A program made the translations under genes and the position numbers. Source: Patescibacteria group bacterium UBA1406 (GTDB lineage Bacteria > Patescibacteriota > Microgenomatia > UBA1406). From it: a stretch of 64,000 nt of DNA. Of the stretch, positions 42,489 to 50,759 are shown piece by piece (positions within the stretch are counted from its first letter, which is position 1; the number at the start of each line of letters is the position of its first letter). The stretch covers positions 25,422 through 89,421 of the forward strand of contig DBQA01000006.1 of assembly GCA_002305675.1 (NCBI GenBank). The letters are read 5' to 3'. Below the pieces are notes generated by a model, which ran no database searches, was not told the DNA's origin, and saw only the letters and a program-made list of their open reading frames with translations.

Positions 42489-43197
42489 CTAAGTTGCATT
42501 GGTCGAGACACCATTGGGGATTGCAATACAGCCTGGTCCAGCCCGTCCGGCAGGTATGGTTTGGGCATCCCTGGCATTTGGCGTTACAATCAGCCCCTTG
42601 TAGTCTGCCGTAATAAGCTATAAGCTTGTCCGGTGTACAGTCGAACTTATAATCGGTGGAATTGACCTTGTAGTTGAAGACGAACTGCGAGGTGGTATTG
42701 TCCGGGTCCCGGTAATCCAGAAAGTAGCTGCACCCGAATTCACAGTTGCTGGCCTTGATACCGTAATCCTCAGGGTACGAGAGCGTGGTAAAAACGGCGA
42801 AGTACTGTCCGTCCGGGGTGACGAAATAGACATAGTCCTCCTTGGGGCTTCTCGGGTGGCAGGGAAGCTCGTTGTAATAGGGCTTGAGATCGTTTCCGGT
42901 ATATGTGTTTCCGCAGATCTTGCCTGCGAGGTTGGTATCAGGCATATAGACCGTCTGGCCAAGCTGGTTCTTGTAGGCCATCTGCTCCACGGTCGGATAT
43001 CGGTTGTGGTCCGCATAATAATCTTCCAGAATGCGCCGGTAGACGTTCAGATGGTCCTTCTTGCGTGTGTCGTACGCCTTTTTCGACTGCATGAACATAT
43101 TAGCCGCGACCAGTGCTCCCAAAAGTGCCAGAAGCATCCCAACGACGATCAGGAGTTCGGCCAGGGTAACTCCTTGCAGTTTTACATTAGAACCCAT
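42478..43197 (-). CDS. Large cysteine-rich prepilin-type protein (239 aa)
   Basis: MGSNVKLQG|VTLAELLIVVGMLL is followed by YDTRKKDHLNVYRRILEDYY. There are 12 Cys, 7 of them in the last ~35 residues. Confidence 0.75.
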   Translation of the reverse strand: MGSNVKLQGVTLAELLIVVGMLLALLGALVAANMFMQSKKAYDTRKKDHLNVYRRILEDYYADHNRYPTVEQMAYKNQLGQTVYMPDTNLAGKICGNTYTGNDLKPYYNELPCHPRSPKEDYVYFVTPDGQYFAVFTTLSYPEDYGIKASNCEFGCSYFLDYRDPDNTTSQFVFNYKVNSTDYKFDCTPDKLIAYYGRLQGADCNAKCQGCPNHTCRTGWTRLYCNPQWCLDQCNLDAN

Positions 43198-43910
43198 AGT
43201 ATTATGAGAAAACCAGCGGTCAAAAAAGGCCCGAAAGCAATTTTTGATTTCAACCCTTTCCTTCTCGCTAATAAAAGTATGACAGAGACCACACCACCTG
43301 TCAAGAAAGCTAAATAGACACCTAAACCCAGAGCCACCGGCGGCAGGATTAAACCCATGGCAAATACATACTTGACATCCCCGAATCCCATAGCCTTGCC
43401 TCGGCTGAAATAATGCAGTAGCCAGAACAGAAAAGCGGCGATCATCGAACCCGTCAGATGGACAAACAGCCTGTCATAGTTCATCAACAGGCCCATGGCG
43501 ATGATAATCACAAGCACCTCATCAAGGATGATGGTATATTTGAAATCCGCCATGGCAATCGTCAACAATGCCCCGACTATGACCAGAAGGAAAAACAGAC
43601 CGGTCGAGGGATAAAATCCGCCCCGGGAGGCGAAGAGCCAGAATACGGTTCCAGACAGGATCTCGGTTACGGGATACTTCCATGACAGACGTTTCCGGCA
43701 GTAGCGGCATCTACCCTTCAGAAAAAAGAATGATATTACTGGTATCAGGTCGTGCCAGGCGATGGTCTTTCGGCAGTGGTCGCACTTCGACCGGCCCAGA
43801 ATAGACTTATTTTCCGGAAGGCGGTCGGAAACCACATTTATGAAGGAGCCTGCTGCTGCTCCAAATAAGAAATACCAGAGACCTATCAGGATATCGCCCA
43901 CTAATAGCAT
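43182..43910 (-). CDS. pilD: Prepilin peptidase (A24 family)
   Basis: The N-terminus is GSFINVVSDRLP with a zinc-binding CDHC...CRYC pair. Multi-TM, with GFGDVKY (catalytic Asp context). Confidence 0.9.
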   Translation of the reverse strand: MLLVGDILIGLWYFLFGAAAGSFINVVSDRLPENKSILGRSKCDHCRKTIAWHDLIPVISFFFLKGRCRYCRKRLSWKYPVTEILSGTVFWLFASRGGFYPSTGLFFLLVIVGALLTIAMADFKYTIILDEVLVIIIAMGLLMNYDRLFVHLTGSMIAAFLFWLLHYFSRGKAMGFGDVKYVFAMGLILPPVALGLGVYLAFLTGGVVSVILLLARRKGLKSKIAFGPFLTAGFLIILWVLM

Positions 43911-43917
43911 TATATAC

Positions 43918-45852
43918 CTATTTCAATCTTCTGTAGACCCCTTCCCAATACAGATAACCGATTCTGTCCCTGAAACAGACCGCCCTCAGCCGGGACAGGG
44001 CATAGGCAAAGTCCTTATCATTATGTTTGAAATAGTAGTCGATCAGTATTGACTCGGCTCTTTTGCACTCGTTCAGTTTCCCGAGCGTTAAAGCGTATTG
44101 CAGGTTTATCCGGCGGTTGTCGGTGTTCAGGTCATAGGCCTGGCCAAAATAAAAGGCGCTTCGGCGGTATTGCCCCTTCTTGAAGTGGTAGTTTCCCATC
44201 TCCCCGAACCAGGCCTGGTATCCGTCCTGGAGAGACTCGTAAAATAGAATCTGGTTGTTGATCTCTTCCAGTTCGGGATAGAAAGGCCTCTTAAGGCTGA
44301 CGGGCATATCCTCCGGCGCGGCAGTGCTCTCGTCGGGAACCAGCTCATAGAGAATGCCTCTTTGTACGGGTCTGTATCCCTGTACCATCAGCTTGAAGTT
44401 GGCAAAGATCCTTCTATGCTCAATGTTTTCTGAGATAAACATCTGCAGCCTGTCCTTCTCATTCCGGCCGGGCACCATCAACTCGGGATAATTCCGTGCG
44501 ATGAGACCGTAATAGTAGTCGTATCCCATCCGGCTGTATTGCAGAACGGCCACATCCTTTCGGTAATTTTTAACATACCTGAGGTATTGGACCGGAAAGA
44601 GGTCCATATCCCCCTGCAATAAAAGTATAGAATTTCTGTCCGTCACGCTGAGTATGTTCAGGCCGTGGTTTTCAAATACGGGCAACCGATAGAGGCGGCT
44701 GAAAAAATAGATATTCTTGACCGCCAGAAGGGCTGGGAACATGATCAGGAATATAAACACCAACCCGTTTCTCAAAAAATAGAAACTTCTGGCCGAGGAG
44801 AACAACTTCTTATATCTTTCCAGATAGGCCGGTATCCCCAGAACGGATGCATAGAACAGCACCATCAGCCAGGGCATGGACAGGAGAGCAAAGCGCTCAA
44901 GCATGGCGCGGCCCACAAACGTGTCCGAGGGCAGGCCGATATACAGAAAAAGAAGTACACCATACAAAAAAAGGTTAAACAAGACTACCTGGGATATTCT
45001 GGTGTTCTTCCTGATCAGATATCTGGCTCCGAAAGCAGCTGGAATAAGGACGGCGAAGGAGAAGTTCTGCCAAAGCATGTTCAGATAGAAAGCCAGATTC
45101 CTTATTCTGTCCATGATACCGAGGTTATATACCCGGCTGGCGTCAAAGAAGCCGTATTCACTCCTGGTCATCATCGCCCATATGCCAGGCAGCGATATTT
45201 CCCGCCAGTTGATCATAGAAGCCTCACCCCATGTGTAAAAGAAGTACGCATAAGGGGCGATTCCCGCCAAGAAAAAAACCCCAAGTTTCCAGCCGTTACG
45301 TCCGATGAAGTCAAGAGCTTCTTTCCGATGGCGGATCACGAGTGTCGCATAGACCAGGCCCGTCAGCAACGAGATATAATGGTGGAAAACGGCCACTGCC
45401 ATAGTAAGATAGAACCACCGATGGCTCCCCTGTTCCCTAAAACCTCCGAGATATGTCCGGATTAAGAAATAGCCGGCTGTTACTGTCAGGAAAACGGTCA
45501 TCATGAACACTTCCTGCACCGAGCTGTAAAGAAGGAATGCCTGTGAGAAGAATAGGACCGATAGGGTGGCCAGCTTGGCCAGAAGAAGGTATCTGGTCTT
45601 TTGTGCGTGGAGAGCTTTATCAAGCAGCCCGAATAGGTTGTATAGGACTGTCAGGGTGGCGATCGAGAAGGCCAGCGAGAGCAACGATATCCTTTGAGCC
45701 TCTGTGCCGAAAGGCAGATGGGCCAAGAGCTTCCCGAGCATTGTGTATAACGGGAATCCCGGGGCGTGTGGAGCGCCGTTCGTAAATATTGCGCCTACCA
45801 GGTCACCCGCATCACCTGACCAGATATACTTATACGGGAAGTTGAACTGCAT
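43918..45852 (-). CDS. DUF2723/TMEM260-like GT-C membrane glycosyltransferase with C-terminal TPR-like repeats
   Basis: The N-terminus WSGDAGDLVGAIFTNGAPHAPGFPLYTMLGKLLAHLPFG matches my recollection of the DUF2723 signature (GDSGEL..AA..LG..HPPGYPLY). About 10 TM helices. The C-terminal part GNYHFKKGQYRRSAFYFGQAYDL is TPR-like. Confidence 0.6.
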   Translation of the reverse strand: MQFNFPYKYIWSGDAGDLVGAIFTNGAPHAPGFPLYTMLGKLLAHLPFGTEAQRISLLSLAFSIATLTVLYNLFGLLDKALHAQKTRYLLLAKLATLSVLFFSQAFLLYSSVQEVFMMTVFLTVTAGYFLIRTYLGGFREQGSHRWFYLTMAVAVFHHYISLLTGLVYATLVIRHRKEALDFIGRNGWKLGVFFLAGIAPYAYFFYTWGEASMINWREISLPGIWAMMTRSEYGFFDASRVYNLGIMDRIRNLAFYLNMLWQNFSFAVLIPAAFGARYLIRKNTRISQVVLFNLFLYGVLLFLYIGLPSDTFVGRAMLERFALLSMPWLMVLFYASVLGIPAYLERYKKLFSSARSFYFLRNGLVFIFLIMFPALLAVKNIYFFSRLYRLPVFENHGLNILSVTDRNSILLLQGDMDLFPVQYLRYVKNYRKDVAVLQYSRMGYDYYYGLIARNYPELMVPGRNEKDRLQMFISENIEHRRIFANFKLMVQGYRPVQRGILYELVPDESTAAPEDMPVSLKRPFYPELEEINNQILFYESLQDGYQAWFGEMGNYHFKKGQYRRSAFYFGQAYDLNTDNRRINLQYALTLGKLNECKRAESILIDYYFKHNDKDFAYALSRLRAVCFRDRIGYLYWEGVYRRLK

Positions 45853-45884
45853 CAGAAAATCTTACCCTTTTGCAATTTCCTTTG

Positions 45885-46412
45885 TCAATAGATGCACCAG
45901 TAGCAGACGTCCGTGCCACCGTCCAGGATGCAGCCGACGCCGTCACCGAGCGTATCCGTGGTCGGAACACCGTTAGTAAACTGCGGATTACTGTATTTGG
46001 TGTTCGCGTCAGCGCTTCTGAACGACTTTGACTCCGGCGAGAAACAGGAGAGAATGCTGGAGCCGGTGATGGCCACGTATATCTTGTTGAGCTGATCGTC
46101 GGCGATCTCAATGAAATTGGATTTCAATTCGCCGGCCGTGATCAGAGGTTCAACCACACTACCCGGATCCGACTCCCCGATGGTAATACCGTTCCAAACG
46201 CCTGTGTCATCCCAGCCGGAAGGCCAATCGCTTCTCTGGGCATAGTACCTGATGGCCGCATTATAGACCTCCTGGGTGGTGTTGCGCACACCGGTGTCTG
46301 TTCCCTTCTTGAACTGTTCAAATGGGTCTATGGCAGCCAGAAGTGCGACAGCGAGGGTTCCCAATAGTGCGATGACTATTAGAAGCTCAATAAGTGTAAA
46401 ACCTTTTTTCAT
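45885..46412 (-). CDS. Probable major type IV pilin (175 aa)
   Basis: MKKG|FTLIELLIVIALLGTLAVALLAAI is a canonical type IVa pilin N-terminus. It is the first gene of the minus-strand pilus operon, with its own TTGACA-17-TAATCT promoter candidate upstream. Confidence 0.8.
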   Translation of the reverse strand: MKKGFTLIELLIVIALLGTLAVALLAAIDPFEQFKKGTDTGVRNTTQEVYNAAIRYYAQRSDWPSGWDDTGVWNGITIGESDPGSVVEPLITAGELKSNFIEIADDQLNKIYVAITGSSILSCFSPESKSFRSADANTKYSNPQFTNGVPTTDTLGDGVGCILDGGTDVCYWCIY

Positions 46413-46490
46413 GGTTAACGTGAATTAATTTGTAACTCTAAGTATCAGATTAGAAGAATTTAAAATGTTTGTCAAGGGATATTTTGTAAG

Positions 46491-46518
46491 TTGACAAGTC
46501 GGACACAAAAAGTACAAT
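46491..46518 (+). promoter_or_regulatory. Putative sigma70-type promoter of pilB (TTGACA-16 nt-TACAAT)
   Basis: A consensus -35 TTGACA at 46491..46496 and a -10 TACAAT at 46513..46518. The pilB ATG lies 6 nt after the -10, and there is no SD. Confidence 0.5.
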
Positions 46519-46524
46519 AAATCT

Positions 46525-48240
46525 ATGGCCGGTTATTCATTTAATAAATTCTTTGAGTATTTTGTCAGAAACAATGTCATTGATGCCGATACCGCCAAGA
46601 AAGTGCAGGTAGACATCCTGAAATCGGATATCCCGGCCGAGGAGTACCTAATTAAAAAGAAGCTTATTACCGGGGAGGAGCTTTATGGCGCCAAGGCATA
46701 CGCCATGGGTGTCGAGTATATCAACCTTCTCAACATCGCCGCCTCTCCCCAAGCCCTGGCCTTTGTCCCGGAGGTCATCGCGCGGGAATATAATGTCTTC
46801 CCTTTCGAATATGACAGCAAGAACAATCTCCTGAAAGTGGCTATGGAGGACCCGTTAAATCTGGATACTATCAGCTTCCTCGAAAAGAAGACGGGGAAAA
46901 AGATCATGCCTTATCTGGAATCACGGGAAAATATTGAGGAGGTGATCCGGATCCAGTACCAGCAAAGCATCTCCCCCACAGTCACAACGGCGCTTGAAGA
47001 ATATACCGAACAACAGAAGGAGTTCGAACCCCAGTCGGTCAAGGGAAAAGTGGTCAAGGAGCCACCTATTGCCCGGCTCGTCAATACCATCCTCGAATAC
47101 GCTGTCAAGGGTAGGGCGTCCGACGTGCATATCGAGCCCCAGGAATTCAGGACCCGCGTCCGCTATCGCATCGACGGTGTCCTTTACGAGAAACTGAGCC
47201 TTCCCAAGTCCCTGCACGACTCCTTCATTTCCAGGATCAAGATCCTGTCGCAGATGCGTATAGACGAAAGGCGACTTCCCCAGGACGGCCGTTTCACCTT
47301 TAAGATCGGCGACCAGGAGATCGACCTGCGTGTTTCAAGCCTCCCAACTGTGCACGGAGAGAAGATAGTCATGAGGCTTCTGAAGAAAACGGGTGGTATT
47401 CCTACCCTGCCCGACCTTGGCTTGATGGGCACTACCCTGAAAAACCTGGAGATAGCCATCGCCAAACCGTACGGGATAGTCCTAATCACCGGCCCGACCG
47501 GTTCGGGTAAAACGACCACCCTTTACTCCATGCTCTCCAGATTGAATAAGCCAAGCGTCAACATCATGACGCTTGAAGACCCGGTCGAATACGAACTGCC
47601 GGGCATAAATCAGGTTCAAATAAACACCCAGGCCGGCCTGACCTTTGCGAGCGGTCTTCGCTCCTTTCTCCGCCAGGACCCCAACATCATCCTCGTCGGA
47701 GAGATCAGAGACAAAGAGACAACCACTTTGGCTGTACAGGCTGCTTTGACAGGCCACCTGGTCTTTTCCACCCTGCATACGAATAACGCCTCCACTGCCA
47801 TTCCGCGTTTACTTGACCTTGGGGCCGAACCATTCCTGATAGCCTCGATCCTGGCAGCCACGGTTGGACAGAGGATCTTGCGTCAAGTGTGCTCGCACTG
47901 CCGCGTCCAGTACCAGCCTACCCCGGAGGTCGACCAGAACATTAGGTCCGTCCTCGGTGAACTTCTTCCCCAGAAATTCAAAGACCAACCACTGACCGTA
48001 TATAAGGGCAAAGGCTGTGACGAATGCGGCGGCAGCGGATATTTCGGGCGGGTGGGCATATTTGAGGTCATCCTCTCGGACCAGGACATCGGTCACCTGA
48101 TCCTCAAAAGCGCCACTGCCGAGACCATTGAGGCTCAGGCAAAACATAACGGCATGATCACCATGATCCAGGACGGATTCTTAAAAGTTCTTTCGGGCAT
48201 CACCTCGGTAGAGGAGGTCTTGAGGGTTGCCCAGGAGTAA
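46525..48240 (+). CDS. pilB: Type IV pilus assembly ATPase PilB (GspE family)
   Basis: The Walker A motif is GPTGSGKTTT. Other motifs are the Asp box, Walker B (ILVGEIRD), the His box (TGHLVFSTLHTN) and the tetracysteine CSHC...CDEC. Confidence 0.95.
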   Translation: MAGYSFNKFFEYFVRNNVIDADTAKKVQVDILKSDIPAEEYLIKKKLITGEELYGAKAYAMGVEYINLLNIAASPQALAFVPEVIAREYNVFPFEYDSKNNLLKVAMEDPLNLDTISFLEKKTGKKIMPYLESRENIEEVIRIQYQQSISPTVTTALEEYTEQQKEFEPQSVKGKVVKEPPIARLVNTILEYAVKGRASDVHIEPQEFRTRVRYRIDGVLYEKLSLPKSLHDSFISRIKILSQMRIDERRLPQDGRFTFKIGDQEIDLRVSSLPTVHGEKIVMRLLKKTGGIPTLPDLGLMGTTLKNLEIAIAKPYGIVLITGPTGSGKTTTLYSMLSRLNKPSVNIMTLEDPVEYELPGINQVQINTQAGLTFASGLRSFLRQDPNIILVGEIRDKETTTLAVQAALTGHLVFSTLHTNNASTAIPRLLDLGAEPFLIASILAATVGQRILRQVCSHCRVQYQPTPEVDQNIRSVLGELLPQKFKDQPLTVYKGKGCDECGGSGYFGRVGIFEVILSDQDIGHLILKSATAETIEAQAKHNGMITMIQDGFLKVLSGITSVEEVLRVAQE

Positions 48241-48243
48241 AAT

Positions 48244-49302
48244 ATGGAATTGAAGGCAGAGCAGCTTTTAGATGAAGTCATCAACCGTAATGCCGCCGAC
48301 CTGCATCTGGTGCAGGGCTACCCGCCGGCGGTCAGGGTCAATGGCGTACTTGTCCAGCTTAATCTATACCCCATCATCAACGGACAGTATATCTATAACT
48401 TCTTCTTGTCCTTTACAACCAAAGAGCAGCAGGAAGCCTTGAACCTGAACCGAGAGCTCGATTTCGGCATCACCTACCAGGGAAACCGGTTCCGTGTTAA
48501 CGCTTATTACGAACAGGACTCGATGGCCTTGTCTTTACGTCTTATCCCCAAGAACATCCGTGATGTCGAAGAACTAAACCTGCCCAGAGTGCTTCATGAC
48601 CTGGCCGATGCCAGACAAGGTTTTGTTCTCATCACCGGCCAGACCAGCCAGGGTAAGTCGACCACTCTTGCTTCTCTGATTAATGAGATCAATAATAAAA
48701 GACAGGCCCATGTGGTGACCATAGAAGACCCCATTGAGTTTACCTACCCCAAGGCGAAAGCGATCATCTCCCAGAGGGAGGTCAGGCGGGATACGCTGTC
48801 TTTCCATAATGCCCTTCGTTCTGTCCTTAGAGAGGATCCGGACGTCATTGTCATCGGCGAGATGAGAGACTATGAAACTATCTCTACCGCCCTGACGCTG
48901 GCCGAGACCGGCCACCTGGTCTTTTCCACCCTGCACACAAACAGCGCCGCCCAAACAATCGATCGTATCATAGATGTATTCCCCGAAGAGCAACAGCCCC
49001 AAATCAGGACCCAGCTCGCAAACGTACTTAAGGCTATCGTCTGCCAAAGGCTCGTACCGAACACTGCCGGGGAAAAGATGGTTCCTGCCTGCGAGATCCT
49101 TTTCAACAACACGGCCGTGGCCTCCCTGATCCGCGAAGGAAAGACCTTCCAGATAGACAACGTCATCCATACGAGCGCCGACGAGAAGATGATCGTTCTG
49201 GAGCAGTATCTTAAGAATCTTGTTATCACCGGCCAGATCACCAAGGAGACTGCGCTGCGCCACGCGATCAGGCCTAGGCTCATCGAGGAGCTTTTAAAAT
49301 AA
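48244..49302 (+). CDS. pilT: Type IV pilus retraction ATPase PilT
   Basis: About 350 aa. Motifs are GQTSQGKSTT, VIVIGEMRD, TGHLVFSTLHTNSAAQTIDRI and the AIVCQRL motif. Confidence 0.9.
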   Translation: MELKAEQLLDEVINRNAADLHLVQGYPPAVRVNGVLVQLNLYPIINGQYIYNFFLSFTTKEQQEALNLNRELDFGITYQGNRFRVNAYYEQDSMALSLRLIPKNIRDVEELNLPRVLHDLADARQGFVLITGQTSQGKSTTLASLINEINNKRQAHVVTIEDPIEFTYPKAKAIISQREVRRDTLSFHNALRSVLREDPDVIVIGEMRDYETISTALTLAETGHLVFSTLHTNSAAQTIDRIIDVFPEEQQPQIRTQLANVLKAIVCQRLVPNTAGEKMVPACEILFNNTAVASLIREGKTFQIDNVIHTSADEKMIVLEQYLKNLVITGQITKETALRHAIRPRLIEELLK

Positions 49303-49308
49303 AAAGAC

Positions 49309-50532
49309 ATGATCTTCGAATATACAGTCCTGGATGTCAAGAACAAACGTCTCAAGGGAACGGTCGAGGCCACCTCCCTCAAGGACGCCAAGAACATCCT
49401 TAAGGAGAAGCGATACTTTCTGGTGACGCTGAACCAAAAGAAGCAACTCCTGGACCCCTCACTGTTTCTGAAAAAGAACAAGAACGGCCGGCTCAACTTT
49501 ACCTCACTGGTCGATTTTACACGCCAGATGGGAATTATGATCAATGCCGGCCTGACCCTTATCGACGCGCTCGAGATCATCAACACACAGACCAAAGACA
49601 TAAATCAGAAGCTTGTGGTGGGCCGGATATCGGAATACATCAAAGGAGGCAACCCGCTTTCCACTGCTATGAAGGACTTGCCCGAAAGCTTTCCCGACTA
49701 TTATGTTTCCCTAGTCAAGGCGGGTGAATCTTCCGGAAAGCTGGATGATGTGTTTCTGAGACTGGCGGAAAACCTGGAAAAGGCCCGCGAATTCAGGGGG
49801 AAGGTTGTCGGAGCCCTTATCTACCCGATGATCATCATCGGCGGCATCATCATCGTCGCCTTTGTAATGATGACCTTCGTGCTACCCCAGCTTCTGGAGC
49901 TTTATAAGAATTTCAATATCGACTTACCCATTAGCACCCAGGTGGTCATGGTAATATCATCCTTCCTGTCGCGCTTCTGGCCGCTGGTCATAATATCCGC
50001 CTTTCTTTTTGGTTCATTCTCCAAGGTGCTCCTTAAAAATCCTAAGAACAAGAAAATCCTAGACATGTATCTGATAAAGATGCCCGTATTCGGTGGCATC
50101 ATCCAGAAATCCATCCTGGTCGATACCACCCGCACCCTGTCCATTTTGGTCAAATCCGGCGTCCCGCTCCTGGAGGCCATCCAGATCGTCAAGAACACCA
50201 CCACGAACCAACTATACAAGGAGGCTCTCGATGACGTCTATCTTGATGTTGAGAAGGGTCGCTCTTTCGGCGATTCACTGAGCGAGGTGGGAGTGTTCCC
50301 GCCCATATTCGTCCAGATGACATCGGTCGGCGAAAGAACGGGAAAACTGGACGAGACCCTGCTGCGACTCTCGCGTTATTTCCAGATGGAGTCAGAACTG
50401 GCGGTCAAGGCGGCAACCACACTGATAGAACCCTTGATACTGGTGGTTCTCGGAGTCGGGGTGGGCTTCTTGGTCGTTTCGGTCCTGACCCCCATCTACA
50501 ACCTGACAAGCTCTATCGGAGCGGCTCAGTAG
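49309..50532 (+). CDS. pilC: Type IV pilus platform protein PilC (GspF family)
   Basis: 407 aa with a duplicated GspF domain. The pattern GERTGKLDETLLRLSRYF and 3 TM segments are present. Confidence 0.95.
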   Translation: MIFEYTVLDVKNKRLKGTVEATSLKDAKNILKEKRYFLVTLNQKKQLLDPSLFLKKNKNGRLNFTSLVDFTRQMGIMINAGLTLIDALEIINTQTKDINQKLVVGRISEYIKGGNPLSTAMKDLPESFPDYYVSLVKAGESSGKLDDVFLRLAENLEKAREFRGKVVGALIYPMIIIGGIIIVAFVMMTFVLPQLLELYKNFNIDLPISTQVVMVISSFLSRFWPLVIISAFLFGSFSKVLLKNPKNKKILDMYLIKMPVFGGIIQKSILVDTTRTLSILVKSGVPLLEAIQIVKNTTTNQLYKEALDDVYLDVEKGRSFGDSLSEVGVFPPIFVQMTSVGERTGKLDETLLRLSRYFQMESELAVKAATTLIEPLILVVLGVGVGFLVVSVLTPIYNLTSSIGAAQ

Positions 50533-50597
50533 CGGTTCATACCGGAATATTACTTATATCTTACCCTTTTAAGAGCTTCATTGTTTACGTTAACGTC

Positions 50598-50759
50598 ATG
50601 GATCTCTTGCTACTGATGCTCGCCGTGCTCTTACCCCCGCTGGGGGTCTTCTTCGCAGTCGGGCTCGGGACCCACTTCTGGATCAACGTCATCCTAACCC
50701 TTTTGGGTTACGTTCCCGGAATCATCCATGCGTTATGGGTCATCCTCTCTTTCTCTTAG
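50598..50759 (+). CDS. YqaE/Pmp3-family small proteolipid (53 aa)
   Basis: Hand-translated: MDLLLLMLAVLLPPLGVFFAVGLGTHFWINVILTLLGYVPGIIHALWVILSFS. LPPL.V......FWIN..LTLLGY.PG..HA is the UPF0057 signature. Below the track cutoff. Confidence 0.75.
   Translation: MDLLLLMLAVLLPPLGVFFAVGLGTHFWINVILTLLGYVPGIIHALWVILSFS

Noticed and set aside
48574-49601. Minus-strand ORFs 48574..49263 (229 aa) and 48870..49601 (243 aa)
   Set aside because: They are antisense to pilT and pilC, which carry canonical ATPase and GspF motifs. No start context and no recognisable domains.
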